Of a DNA stretch of 64,000 bases, positions 36,813 to 46,296 are shown one piece after another (position 1 is the stretch's first letter; the number at the start of each line of letters is the position of its first letter). Below the pieces are notes generated by a model that saw only the letters and a list, made by a program, of their open reading frames with translations, was not told where the DNA came from and did not search any database. The position numbers and the translations under genes are program-made. The stretch spans positions 464-64,463 of the forward strand of contig JADFKM010000001.1 in assembly GCA_022564935.1 (NCBI GenBank). The letters run 5' to 3'. The stretch comes from Candidatus Dadabacteria bacterium (GTDB lineage: Bacteria > Desulfobacterota_D > UBA1144 > Nemesobacterales > JADFKM01).

Positions 36813-37799
36813 TTGCAGCCACACATAGAGGAGGTGAGCCTTATGGACGCGCTGCATGAAGCCGCCCTCATCGCCGTAAGGGATTGTATGGGGGTAAAGC
36901 CGGGCGAGAAGGCGCTTGTGATTACCGACGGGCCCACGAGGAAGATCGGGTACGCGCTGTTTGAGGTGGCTAAGAAGCTGGGGGCTGAGGCGTTTTTCAT
37001 CGAGATTATAACCCGCTCCTCCAACGGGCAGGAGCCCCCGGCGCCGGTGGCCGAGCTGATGAAGCTCGTGGACGTAATATTGATACCGACGCTTATGTCG
37101 ATGAGCCACACAGACTCGAGGCGCGAGGCATCGAAAAATGGCGTGAGGATAGCCACCCTTCCGGGCATCACCGAGGATCTCATGGTGCGGACCCTGGGGG
37201 CGGACTACTTCGAGATCGGAAAGTTGAGCGACGCCGTGGCGAAGCTACTCACCGAAGGCTTCGAGGTCAGGGTCACCTCCGCTAACGGAACTGACGTGAC
37301 CATGGATATAACCGGAAGGGACGGCGCGGCGGATACGGGGCTTAACCACACCCCGGGGAGCTTCAGCAACCTCCCCGCGGGTGAGGCATATCTCGCCCCG
37401 ATGGAAGGACGCTCGGAGGGCGTTGTGGTGATCGACGGCTCAATGGCTGGGATCGGGCTGCTTGGGGAAGAGCGGATCCGCATCGAAATTACCGGCGGCT
37501 ACGCTACCGCCATAACGGGGGGCGAGGCGGCGGAGAAGCTTCTGTCTCTTATGGAGCCGCACGGCGCTCCGGCCTTTAACGTCGCAGAGCTCGGCATAGG
37601 CACTAACGACAGGGCGCGCATAATGGGGAACGTGCTCGAGGACGAAAAGGCCATCGGCACCGCTCATATTGCTTTCGGGGACAACAAGAGCATGGGTGGT
37701 ACGGTGCGCGTCGCCAGCCACCTTGACGGCGTGATACTCAGCCCCTCGGTACTTATCGACGGCAAGCCGGTGCTTGAGGACGGGGAGCTTGTGCTTTAG
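36813..37799 (+). CDS. Aminopeptidase, M29 (AmpS/PepS)-like
   Basis: LIAVRDCMGVKPGEKALVITD, EGFEVRVTSANGTDVT and GIGLLGEERIRIEITGGYAT resemble thermophilic aminopeptidase T/S. The likely start is the internal M at 36843. Confidence 0.5.
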   Translation: MQPHIEEVSLMDALHEAALIAVRDCMGVKPGEKALVITDGPTRKIGYALFEVAKKLGAEAFFIEIITRSSNGQEPPAPVAELMKLVDVILIPTLMSMSHTDSRREASKNGVRIATLPGITEDLMVRTLGADYFEIGKLSDAVAKLLTEGFEVRVTSANGTDVTMDITGRDGAADTGLNHTPGSFSNLPAGEAYLAPMEGRSEGVVVIDGSMAGIGLLGEERIRIEITGGYATAITGGEAAEKLLSLMEPHGAPAFNVAELGIGTNDRARIMGNVLEDEKAIGTAHIAFGDNKSMGGTVRVASHLDGVILSPSVLIDGKPVLEDGELVL

Positions 37800-37894
37800 C
37801 CGCTGCTAATCCCGCTTACGACACCCCCTCACCCCTCTATCCCGCGGGTAACTCCTTTTTTTTGGGGGGCATTCTGTGGTAAATTTAAGATACT

Positions 37895-40144
37895 ATGCAT
37901 CATGAAACCACGAAAATCGTGTTCCTCGGCTCCCCGGGGATTGTCGAGGTAGTGGTGCTTGTACTTTTGTTCGCCGTAGTTCTACTGAGCTCGGTCTACA
38001 CGGCTAGGCGCCTCGGCTCGCTGAAGCAGAAAGCGACGCTGAGCATACTACGCGCCCTCAGTTTTATCCTCATGGCCCTCATACTGTTAAACCCCGCGAA
38101 GAGTGTGGAGCAATACAGGGAGGATAAGCCGCGGCTTGCCGTATTGATAGACTCCTCATACAGCATGAACCTGCCCTCAGGGGATAGCGTGGGCACGCCC
38201 AGGATAGAGGCGTTAAGGGATTTTATAGAACGCAGCGCCCCTTTTTGGAGTGGGATCGAGAGGGATTTCATCACCAGCTACTACACCTTCGACTCCGGAC
38301 TCCGGGACGCCTCAAGCGGTTCGGTAGGTGACCTGCTGCCTGTGGGCAAGCACTCGGCCATCCTAGGCGCCCTGAAAGAGGTCGCCGGTGCGGAGCGGTC
38401 CCTGGGGATTGATAGAGTCCTGCTTATCTCTGACGGGGCGCAGCGCGGTGTCACGCCCGAGGCGCTTGATGATGCCGTCATAGACCTGCCTTTTCCCGTT
38501 TACACCCTCGCTGTCGCCAAAGGCGACATAAAGGACATACGCATAGAAAAGGTGCGGGCGAGCGGCATATCGTTCCTGAAGCGCCCGTTCAAAGTGGAGG
38601 TGGAGATAGGGGCAGACGGAATAACGGATGTCGAGGTACCGGTTACGATCAAAGAGGGCTCGAGGGTGGTTCTTACAAAACAGGCTCTAAAAATACCCGG
38701 ATCCGGAAGGGCGGGGGTCGAGTTCCAGATTAAGCCCACCGCTGCGGGTAGGAAGGTCTACACCGTGTCTATTCCTGCGGTCTCGGGCGACCAAGTGCCT
38801 GAGAACAACGAGAGGTCGTTTGTGGTGGATGTGATAATCGACCGGATCAGGGTGCTTCATATCTCGGGCAGCCCGTCCTGGGACTCGAAGTTTTTGAGGA
38901 AGTCCCTGAAGAGAAACCCCAATGTCGACCTTGTGGCCTTTTTTATCTTACGTGACCCTTCCGACCTGGTGTTCGCTTCACAGAACGAGCTCAGCCTCAT
39001 TCCATTTCCCGTGAACGACCTCTTCGGCCCTAACCTGGAGAATTTTGACGTCTTGATATTTCAAAATTTCAAGACCACCGCATACGGGGTGTCGTTCTAC
39101 CATCTGAACAACATAAGAAAATATGTCCTTAACAAGGGGGGCGCGTTCTTGATGATTGGAGGGGTGAAGAGCTTCGACGGCGGTCTTTTCGGCTCGACCC
39201 CGCTCAGAGATGTCCTGCCCGTCCGGCTCAGGTCGTCTCGAACGGAGGCGCCCGGGGCGGTTAACAAGCAGTTGACAAAAGCCAAACTCACGCGGCTCGG
39301 CGAAAAGCACGCCGTAATGAGTATCGTGCCCAAACGGAAAAACAATAAGCAAAACTGGAACTCCCTTCCAGCCCTGGACGGTTATAATATTGTAGGTGGG
39401 GTAAAACCGGGCGCCCAGCTGCTCCTAAGGGCGCCGGGGGACGCGCCGCTTTTTGTGCTGGACGAGGCGGGCTCCGGCAAGGTGGCCTCGTTCCTATCGG
39501 ACTCCTCCTGGAGGTGGGCCTTTTTGTCCGCCCAGGGAGGGGAGAAGATCTCTTACTACGACAGGTTTTGGGGCAGGCTCCTTCGCTGGCTGGTGGACGA
39601 CCCGGAGCTCAAAGATGTGAGAGTGTCGTCTGATAAAGCGGTTTACAACCCGGGGGACACGGCGAATATAGACGTGTGGACGCTGGGTGAGGAGAAAGAG
39701 ACGGGGGAGCTAAGTACGACCGTCACGCTGCCCGGAGGCGAAGAGGTGGAGCTCTCGCTTAAGCGAAGCGGGGAGGGTATGAAAGGGGTGCTCTTAATGA
39801 ATCGAAGGGGTGTGTACAGAGCTTCGGTGAAGGGGGAGACGGGCGCAGGACATGGCGTCGTTGGAACGGTCGATGAGACCTATTTTGTTATGGAGGCTCC
39901 ACTGGGCGAGGTATTTCGCAAGACCGCTGACACCGAGCTTCTGAAACAGATTGCAAAGAAAACCGGCGGTAGTTTCAGCACCGTTTGGGACAAGGCGGGC
40001 GGTCTTGGTCTGTCTTATTCTCCAAAGCTGACCATTACGGGTTATAAGACGCAGAGCGTCTGGGACACCCCGCTAGTGTTCGCCCTGCTGGTGGGCGTTT
40101 TCGCCGGGGAGCTCATTTTGAGGAGGAGGTGGGGGCTGAGGTAG
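37895..40144 (+). CDS. Large membrane protein with BatA-type N-terminal TM domain, VWA domain and DUF1355/GATase1-like domain
   Basis: Two N-terminal TM helices; VWA MIDAS motif (LAVLIDSSYSM); central GGAFLMIGGVKSF block; C-terminal TM. Preceded by T9/G6 homopolymers. Confidence 0.6.
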   Translation: MHHETTKIVFLGSPGIVEVVVLVLLFAVVLLSSVYTARRLGSLKQKATLSILRALSFILMALILLNPAKSVEQYREDKPRLAVLIDSSYSMNLPSGDSVGTPRIEALRDFIERSAPFWSGIERDFITSYYTFDSGLRDASSGSVGDLLPVGKHSAILGALKEVAGAERSLGIDRVLLISDGAQRGVTPEALDDAVIDLPFPVYTLAVAKGDIKDIRIEKVRASGISFLKRPFKVEVEIGADGITDVEVPVTIKEGSRVVLTKQALKIPGSGRAGVEFQIKPTAAGRKVYTVSIPAVSGDQVPENNERSFVVDVIIDRIRVLHISGSPSWDSKFLRKSLKRNPNVDLVAFFILRDPSDLVFASQNELSLIPFPVNDLFGPNLENFDVLIFQNFKTTAYGVSFYHLNNIRKYVLNKGGAFLMIGGVKSFDGGLFGSTPLRDVLPVRLRSSRTEAPGAVNKQLTKAKLTRLGEKHAVMSIVPKRKNNKQNWNSLPALDGYNIVGGVKPGAQLLLRAPGDAPLFVLDEAGSGKVASFLSDSSWRWAFLSAQGGEKISYYDRFWGRLLRWLVDDPELKDVRVSSDKAVYNPGDTANIDVWTLGEEKETGELSTTVTLPGGEEVELSLKRSGEGMKGVLLMNRRGVYRASVKGETGAGHGVVGTVDETYFVMEAPLGEVFRKTADTELLKQIAKKTGGSFSTVWDKAGGLGLSYSPKLTITGYKTQSVWDTPLVFALLVGVFAGELILRRRWGLR

Positions 40145-40198
40145 ACCGCCGCTCCCGGCTGCGGAGGTATATTTAGCACGATTTGTGGAGGTTAACGC

Positions 40199-40966
40199 TT
40201 GATTCTTGCCCTTGATATAGGGAACACCAACATAGCTTTCGGGCTGTGCAGGGACGGCGAGATACTGAGCCAATGGCGTATAGGCACGGACAAGACCCGT
40301 ACCTCCGACGAGTACGGCATACTTTTGCGGAGCCTTATCGAGACAAGGGACATAGGCGCCGACACCGTTACCGGAGCCATCATCTCCTGTGTCGTACCAC
40401 CGCTCCTTGGGCCTCTCACCGACACCGTCAGGGACCATTTCAATGTCAGTCCCATAATCGTAGGCCCCGGCGTGAAGACGGGGATGCCCATTCTGTACAG
40501 CAACCCCAAAGAGGTTGGGGCCGACAGGATCGTGAACGGCGTTGCTGCATACAACAAGTACAAAAAGGCCGTCGTCGTGGTGGATTTTGGCACCGCCACA
40601 ACCTTCGACTGCATATCTCAGAGCGGAGAGTACATCGGCGGGGTAATCGCCCCGGGGCTCCAGATTTCCTCGGAGGCCCTGTTTAACGCCGCTTCGAAGC
40701 TGCCAAAGGTGGAAATCGTAAGGCCGAGGACTGTTGTAGGGAAAACGACTGTGGAGAGCATGCAGTCGGGGCTTGTGTACGGTTACGCTGGTCTGGTGGA
40801 CGGCATCGTCGAACGGATACGCAGGGAGATGGACGTAAAGGTAAGGGTGGTGGCCACAGGCGGCCTTTCTGCGCTCATCGCAAAGGAGAGCAAGACCATC
40901 GAAGAGGTGGACGACTTACTTACGCTTAAGGGGTTGATGCTGATCTATGAGTGGAACCGGCCCTGA
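40199..40966 (+). CDS. coaX: Type III pantothenate kinase
   Basis: ILALDIGNTNIAFGL, VVVDFGTATTFD, GGVIAPG. TTG start. Confidence 0.85.
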   Translation: MILALDIGNTNIAFGLCRDGEILSQWRIGTDKTRTSDEYGILLRSLIETRDIGADTVTGAIISCVVPPLLGPLTDTVRDHFNVSPIIVGPGVKTGMPILYSNPKEVGADRIVNGVAAYNKYKKAVVVVDFGTATTFDCISQSGEYIGGVIAPGLQISSEALFNAASKLPKVEIVRPRTVVGKTTVESMQSGLVYGYAGLVDGIVERIRREMDVKVRVVATGGLSALIAKESKTIEEVDDLLTLKGLMLIYEWNRP

Positions 40967-41354
40967 GCTCCTTTTGTTGAAGCACGAGACCGATAACCCC
41001 CACTACGACCTGCTGCTGAGCGCCGGGGGGGTATCGGGCCGCTGGATCCTTAGGGGCTTGCCCAATGAGGACGGGGGTGCCGGAAGGGGTAGCAGAGGGG
41101 GCAAGGAGAGGCTCGCCCTCGAGGACGATTCGGGGGCGGCGGCCGCACCGAGCGGAGAAGTGGAGGATTTGTGGGGAAAAGGGCCAGTTGAAATAGTCGA
41201 AAGCTGTATGATGGAGATAGTTCACAGGGGGAAAAGGAAGATCGTTTTTCGTGTCGAGGGACGGGCGCTTAAGGGGGAGTACTGCCTTCTCCTTCGCAAA
41301 TGGGGCCTCCACACGAAGCGCAGGCTGTGGGTGTTCTTCAAGCTCGGGGATTAG
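40947..41354 (+). CDS. LigD 3'-phosphoesterase (PE)-domain-like small protein
   Basis: LLLKHETDNPHYDLLLSAGGVSGRWILRGLP resembles fvvqkHdAsrlHYDlRLE..gvl.SWAvPkgP. ...WGKG...GRALKGEYCLLL resembles ...G.l.f.L.G.kLkG.w.L. Some PE catalytic His positions appear substituted. Confidence 0.45.
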   Translation: MSGTGPELLLLKHETDNPHYDLLLSAGGVSGRWILRGLPNEDGGAGRGSRGGKERLALEDDSGAAAAPSGEVEDLWGKGPVEIVESCMMEIVHRGKRKIVFRVEGRALKGEYCLLLRKWGLHTKRRLWVFFKLGD

Positions 41355-41529
41355 GCTGGGGAGTGAGGGGGGCGCGCTAGTTTATATAGCTGGGTGTTTG
41401 ATCAATAAGATTTGCGCCTATACCCTACCCGCTCGTTCTTTCACGCTTCCAATCTCAGAGTAACATGTGCAGGAATCCCTGGTTGCGCAAAAACCTCACA
41501 TTCAGTACAATGGGAGCCGGAGGTGTGGC

Positions 41530-42117
41530 ATGAGAAAGTTCATGGGGATGTTGCTTTTGTGCGGCTTCATTGCGTTCGGCGCCATTGGCGGATGTCTGGA
41601 CAGCATCGATGAATTTGACCTGTTCGTGTCGTGTCAGAGTCCGCCGCTCAACTCCGATTTCAGCGACAGGGTCGTGATATTTATCGACCCCTTCACCTTG
41701 AGGACGGCAGGGGTTACCTCCTTCGGAGATGTCGTTCAGATCTTTTTCGCCGACGACCCCAATTCGCAGTTCGACGTGAGCCTGGGGGCCGAGCCGTTAT
41801 CGGGCACACTGTGCGAGATTGCCGCGGGGGCCTTCGATACGGACATGGACGGCGATTTCCTCGACGAGGTGATACTCGACGCCACGGGAGATTGCGGACT
41901 TACGGGGGGGCGCACATCTTTCTTTATTGAAAACCTGGAGCTTGCGGGGTTTCCTGAAAGCAGTTTCGACGGCGACTGCTCCGATATAATTTTTCTGGCA
42001 TCGGCCGCGGGCTCCGGCGAGAATATGTCCGCATTTGCACGACTTGAGCTAATCAGAAGTGTTACGCTGGATGCGCAGAGGAAATTCAGGGGTAGCGTAG
42101 TAGCCGGGGTTGATTAA
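41530..42117 (+). CDS. Hypothetical acidic lipoprotein
   Basis: MRKFMGMLLLCGFIAFGAIGGC signal peptide with lipobox, followed by a D/E-rich body. Confidence 0.5.
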   Translation: MRKFMGMLLLCGFIAFGAIGGCLDSIDEFDLFVSCQSPPLNSDFSDRVVIFIDPFTLRTAGVTSFGDVVQIFFADDPNSQFDVSLGAEPLSGTLCEIAAGAFDTDMDGDFLDEVILDATGDCGLTGGRTSFFIENLELAGFPESSFDGDCSDIIFLASAAGSGENMSAFARLELIRSVTLDAQRKFRGSVVAGVD

Positions 42118-42238
42118 ACATTTCCCGCAAGGTCACGAGCAGTCGTGTGAGGCGCTCGGACACTTTAAGGAGGCGGTGAGCTTTCTCCTAAGAACAAAGC
42201 CCTTACATTCCAGATCGGTTGTTGTAGGATTTTAAAGG

Positions 42239-42694
42239 ATGGGGGGCAATGAACCCGTTGGGGAGGTATGGGAAATGGGGATATTTACGGGTTTTTGGGA
42301 GAAGCAGAAAAACCCGTGGAGCTGGCTTCACAGGTCTTTATGGGCGGTGGTGTTTTACGTGGCAGTCTGGCAGCACGACCCTGTTTTTATAGTCGTGTCG
42401 CTGATAGGCACCACCATTACGGTGCTGTTCTTCCCTGAGCACAAGAGCCCACCGGCTTATGCGGTGAGGCTTGTCTCCGCGGCCCAAAGGTTGATGAGCG
42501 CGCCCTGGGAAACCGCCAAATATGCGTACATGGGTTTCATGTCTGCGCTGTTCATCGCTGTTTTGTGGGCGCTTTGGACGCATAGGCCGTGGCTCTCGGT
42601 AGGGCTTATAGCGCTTGGTGTTGTGGTAAAGCTCTCGGTGCTCTACGCGCTTTCACGAGGGGAGTCTGAGACGCAGATTTCCGGGCAGCCTTAG
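42239..42694 (+). CDS. Hypothetical Trp-rich membrane protein (3-4 TM)
   Basis: Hydrophobic helices; no known motif. Confidence 0.45.
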   Translation: MGGNEPVGEVWEMGIFTGFWEKQKNPWSWLHRSLWAVVFYVAVWQHDPVFIVVSLIGTTITVLFFPEHKSPPAYAVRLVSAAQRLMSAPWETAKYAYMGFMSALFIAVLWALWTHRPWLSVGLIALGVVVKLSVLYALSRGESETQISGQP

Positions 42695-42916
42695 GGCTCT
42701 AAGCAAAGTGTCTCACTCACCTACCCCCCGATTGCCGACATAGAGCGGGAAGGCCTCCTAAAACCCGGGCTGTTTATCATGTGACCCGCCCACTTAGCGC
42801 CCGCCGCGCGTGTTGCACCTGTCGGTGATAGAGACCCTGAGCTTCTTTACCGTCCTGCCGAACCTGTCTATGAGCCTGCAGATGATAAAGAGTCGCTATT
42901 CCTTAAGATACCCAAG

Positions 42917-43894
42917 TTGATGCGGCGCGCAAATACGCTTTACAACCCAATCAAGAGTATCTACCATAATAGAGTGATGACTAGCACTTCCCGAAAGCCG
43001 CGCTGGATTAAGGGGCGCGTGCCCGCCGGGCCGACGTACAACAGGCTCAGGCGCCTCATGCGCGAGGGGGGGCTTCACACCGTGTGCGAGGAGGCTCAAT
43101 GCCCCAACCTGGGGGAGTGCTGGGCCGCGGGAACGCTCACCATAATGATACTTGGGGATACCTGCACGCGGAGCTGCGGCTTCTGCGCCGTGAAGACCGG
43201 AAGCGGAGGGGAGATAGATTGGGACGAGCCGCGCAGGGTTGCCGATGCCGTAGCGGAGCTAAAAGCCCAAGACCCGCGTCTCTGCTATGTGGTAATTACC
43301 TCGGTCAACCGTGACGACAGGAATATGGAGAGCGCGCAGGTGTTCGCCGAGACCATAGCGAGAGTGAGGGATGGCGTGTCCGGCGTTAAGGTCGAGGTGC
43401 TCATACCCGATTTTAAAGGGGAAGAAGAGGCGCTCGGCGTTGTACTCCGCGCAAGGCCGGACGTGCTAAACCACAACATCGAGACGGTGCCCAGGCTGTA
43501 CGGGCTGAAGCAGATGACGGAAGCGGGCAGGATTCGTGCCGTGAGACCGCAGGCAAACTACGGGTGGTCGCTCACGGCGCTGAGGCGCTCGAAGGAGTAC
43601 GGCCTGCCGGGGATGCTCACCAAGTCGGGCCTCATGGTCGGCCTTGGCGAGGAGCTCGATGAGGTGCTCGAAACGCTCACGCACCTTCATGCCGCGGGGT
43701 GCGACATAGTCACCGTCGGTCAGTACCTGCGCCCGACTGTAGCGCACCTCCCCGTTACTAGGTACTACCACCCCCTTGAGTTCGACGCAATCAAGAGCTA
43801 CGGTGAGGGCGTAATCGGTATCCCGCACGTGGAAGCCGGCCCGATGGTGCGGAGCTCCTACCACGCCGAGCGGCAGGTCGAAAGGCTGGGATAG
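42917..43894 (+). CDS. lipA: Lipoyl synthase
   Basis: LHTVCEEAQCPNLGECW (auxiliary cluster) and CTRSCGFC (radical-SAM CxxxCxxC). The start may be the internal M at 42977. Confidence 0.9.
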   Translation: MMRRANTLYNPIKSIYHNRVMTSTSRKPRWIKGRVPAGPTYNRLRRLMREGGLHTVCEEAQCPNLGECWAAGTLTIMILGDTCTRSCGFCAVKTGSGGEIDWDEPRRVADAVAELKAQDPRLCYVVITSVNRDDRNMESAQVFAETIARVRDGVSGVKVEVLIPDFKGEEEALGVVLRARPDVLNHNIETVPRLYGLKQMTEAGRIRAVRPQANYGWSLTALRRSKEYGLPGMLTKSGLMVGLGEELDEVLETLTHLHAAGCDIVTVGQYLRPTVAHLPVTRYYHPLEFDAIKSYGEGVIGIPHVEAGPMVRSSYHAERQVERLG

Positions 43895-43929
43895 CGGTAA
43901 ATCGTCGTAAAAACGAGGGGGGCGGTGCA

Positions 43930-44406
43930 ATGGTGAAATCCTTCATGCGCGTTGTTTACGACATAGCCTCATCCCGGCCGGTGACCTGGCTCTATCTCAA
44001 CGTTTTTCCCCATATAGACCGCCCGCTTCTGCGCGCCACCGGGGGGCGTCTCAGCGTCTCGGTAGGCTATCCCATACTGCTGCTTGAGACGCGGGGTGCG
44101 AAGACGAGCCGCGTGCGCACCACCCCCCTTTTCTATGTGGCCGACGGGGACGATGTAGTGATCATTGCCTCAAACGGAGGCGGCCCAAGTCACCCGGCGT
44201 GGTACCGCAACCTGCTCGCGCACCCCCGGGCGACGCTCACTCTTCGGGGCGGGACGGCGAAGTACACGGCGCGGGAGGCCGAGGGGGAGGAGCGCGGGGC
44301 GTTGTGGAGAAAGGCCGTGAGCGCTTATCCGGGGTATGCGAAGTACAGGGTGCGCGCCGGAAGCCGCGCCATACCCGTTATGGTACTGAGTCCTGTGGAT
44401 TCGTAG
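43930..44406 (+). CDS. Deazaflavin-dependent nitroreductase-family (DDN/PNPOx-like) oxidoreductase
   Basis: LLETRGAKTSRVRTTPLFYVADGDDVVIIASNGGGPSHPAWYRNLLAHPRATL matches the F420H2-dependent reductase family pattern. Confidence 0.65.
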   Translation: MVKSFMRVVYDIASSRPVTWLYLNVFPHIDRPLLRATGGRLSVSVGYPILLLETRGAKTSRVRTTPLFYVADGDDVVIIASNGGGPSHPAWYRNLLAHPRATLTLRGGTAKYTAREAEGEERGALWRKAVSAYPGYAKYRVRAGSRAIPVMVLSPVDS

Positions 44407-44495
44407 CGGATATGCATAGCCAAATGCACCCATAGGTTTTTGGGTAGTCCTGGGTAGTCCATGGGGTTTGAGCCACTCCCGGATTAACACGAGGG

Positions 44496-44714
44496 TTACC
44501 TCGGCCTCGCTGCAAACACAAGAAACGCCCCGGCAAGCGTTATGGTGAGGAGCCACATGAACCAGAGCACGAGGTCTGTGGGGTAGAACTTGCCGCCTAT
44601 GCTTACCGCCTCTCCCACCGCTCCCACAACTGGTATGTTGCGGTGGAAATACACGCCGAGGGAGATCATCGCCACGGCGGCCAGCGCGCTTAACGCTCTT
44701 TGTATCCAGATCAT
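44496..44714 (-). CDS. Small hypothetical membrane protein (2 TM)
   Basis: 72 aa with two hydrophobic helices. Confidence 0.35.
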   Translation of the reverse strand: MIWIQRALSALAAVAMISLGVYFHRNIPVVGAVGEAVSIGGKFYPTDLVLWFMWLLTITLAGAFLVFAARPR

Positions 44715-44804
44715 AATTTACGTACAGGGGCAAAAAGGGCGGCATCATTAAGGCCGCCCCTTTGCATTTACTTTGAGTCGCTATACGTACCCCGGGGTCG
44801 TGAA

Positions 44805-45491
44805 TCAGGCTCCGCCGCCGGAAAGCTCGAAAGAGCCTATCTCGCCGCTTCCAATGTTTACTTCGTCAAGCTTCATGTCTTTGCCGTGGTCGCTGAACGT
44901 GCCCACTGCGGTGCCGAGCGAAAGCATCTTTACAGGGAACGGGTAGACGGGATTGGCAAGCGTAATGGGCGTGTTCGGGTCGTTCCCTATTGCGGGCTGG
45001 ACGTCAAACTTTCCGAGCTTTCCCATATCGAGGGTGTGCTTACCGACGGGGCTATCGGGCACATTTATATTCACTTTCCCAATGGATATGCCGAGCTGCT
45101 CGCCGAGCATGGAGAAAGGAGGCCCAGAGAGTATTGCCCTCAGGGCATTGCGCTGTGCCTTGCTGCTGCTCTTATCTATGTAGTAAGCGGTGTAGATCCA
45201 CTTCTGGTTTTCCCTCGAGCCTGTGAATTCGCCCAGCATGCCCCAGGTAACCTCGTCAAGAGAGACGTCTCCATACTTACCTTCGGTAATGTGAAAGCCG
45301 CCCACGAACCTGCAATGGTCGTGGTGCGGGTCGAGTCCGAACAGACACGGGCAGTTGACCCCGCACGTATCGGTTATGACCATCTGCAGCTTCATGCTCC
45401 AGGCGGGCATTGCGGGAGCCTCCTGCGCAAAGGCCGTGGAGACCGGCAGCATGACGGCTACCGTTAAACAAAACGCCAATAACTTCTTCAT
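44805..45491 (-). CDS. Secreted DUF1326-like protein with a Cys/His cluster
   Basis: Signal peptide, then CGVNCPCLFGLDPHHDHC, characteristic of DUF1326 proteins. Confidence 0.5.
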   Translation of the reverse strand: MKKLLAFCLTVAVMLPVSTAFAQEAPAMPAWSMKLQMVITDTCGVNCPCLFGLDPHHDHCRFVGGFHITEGKYGDVSLDEVTWGMLGEFTGSRENQKWIYTAYYIDKSSSKAQRNALRAILSGPPFSMLGEQLGISIGKVNINVPDSPVGKHTLDMGKLGKFDVQPAIGNDPNTPITLANPVYPFPVKMLSLGTAVGTFSDHGKDMKLDEVNIGSGEIGSFELSGGGA

Positions 45492-45778
45492 GTTATAACC
45501 CCTCCTTTTTTATAGGTTTTAAATTTGTTGATCCCAAGCTTAACTGAGATTCATTTCAGTAGCCTAAATATCATATTATTCACACTATGGGGTATTAATC
45601 AATGGAAAAATTAATTTGTTATGTGATTATTCGGTTATTTATATGAACTTTATGAGAGCGAACAGGCTTTAACGCGGTTCAGTTTCACCATAAGGCCCGG
45701 TTTTTGCAAGGTATATTCTATGAAATTGTCAAGGAACCGTAAACACGGTAGAATTAATATGCTCGGAGGAGTGCATAT

Positions 45779-46006
45779 ATGAAGAAGAGCCACAAATTTG
45801 ACCTTGTTTACGACGTTAGAGTGCTTGAGAAGTGCGTTCGCGAGGGTGTCATCAGCAAAAAGGATTACGGCAAATTCTTAAAATCCCTTGAGGACGTGGA
45901 AGACAAAGGGGAGCCTCTTGTGTTAGAAGACGAAACGGAGGGAGAAGAGGATCTCGAAGCCGCCGCCGAGGGTGAGAGCGCCGAAGAAGAGGAAAAAGAG
46001 GAATGA
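45779..46006 (+). CDS. Small acidic hypothetical protein (75 aa)
   Basis: ATGA start/stop overlap with the downstream DUF4177 gene; AT-rich promoter region upstream. Confidence 0.45.
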   Translation: MKKSHKFDLVYDVRVLEKCVREGVISKKDYGKFLKSLEDVEDKGEPLVLEDETEGEEDLEAAAEGESAEEEEKEE

Positions 46007-46221
46007 AGTGGATATACAAAGTTGTTCCGGTTGATGACCTATTGTCCGAAGACGACCATGACATTGCCGTTTCGAAAAAAGCCGCTGCCTCCAGGCGTGA
46101 GCGTATCGGCAAGGGTGTGGAAGAAAACCTAAATAATCTCGGCTCGGAGGGGTGGGAATTTGTGCACGTTATAGGAGACCTGGGTGTGTTCAAGAGGCAA
46201 AACGGAAAAGAGGCCTCCTAA
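46003..46221 (+). CDS. DUF4177-like small protein
   Basis: MKWIYKVVPV...LNNLGSEGWEFVHVIGDLGVFKR matches the DUF4177 pattern. Confidence 0.5.
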   Translation: MKWIYKVVPVDDLLSEDDHDIAVSKKAAASRRERIGKGVEENLNNLGSEGWEFVHVIGDLGVFKRQNGKEAS

Positions 46222-46296
46222 GGAATCCTCTGAGGTCTAGAGTTAGAACCGTTCCACCTCCCACTCGTCGAGCCTGAGTTTGCAGTTAGGGTTTGA

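Noticed and set aside
36587-37183. 198-aa and 162-aa minus-strand ORFs
   Set aside because: Antisense to the DUF971 and aminopeptidase genes. No motifs.
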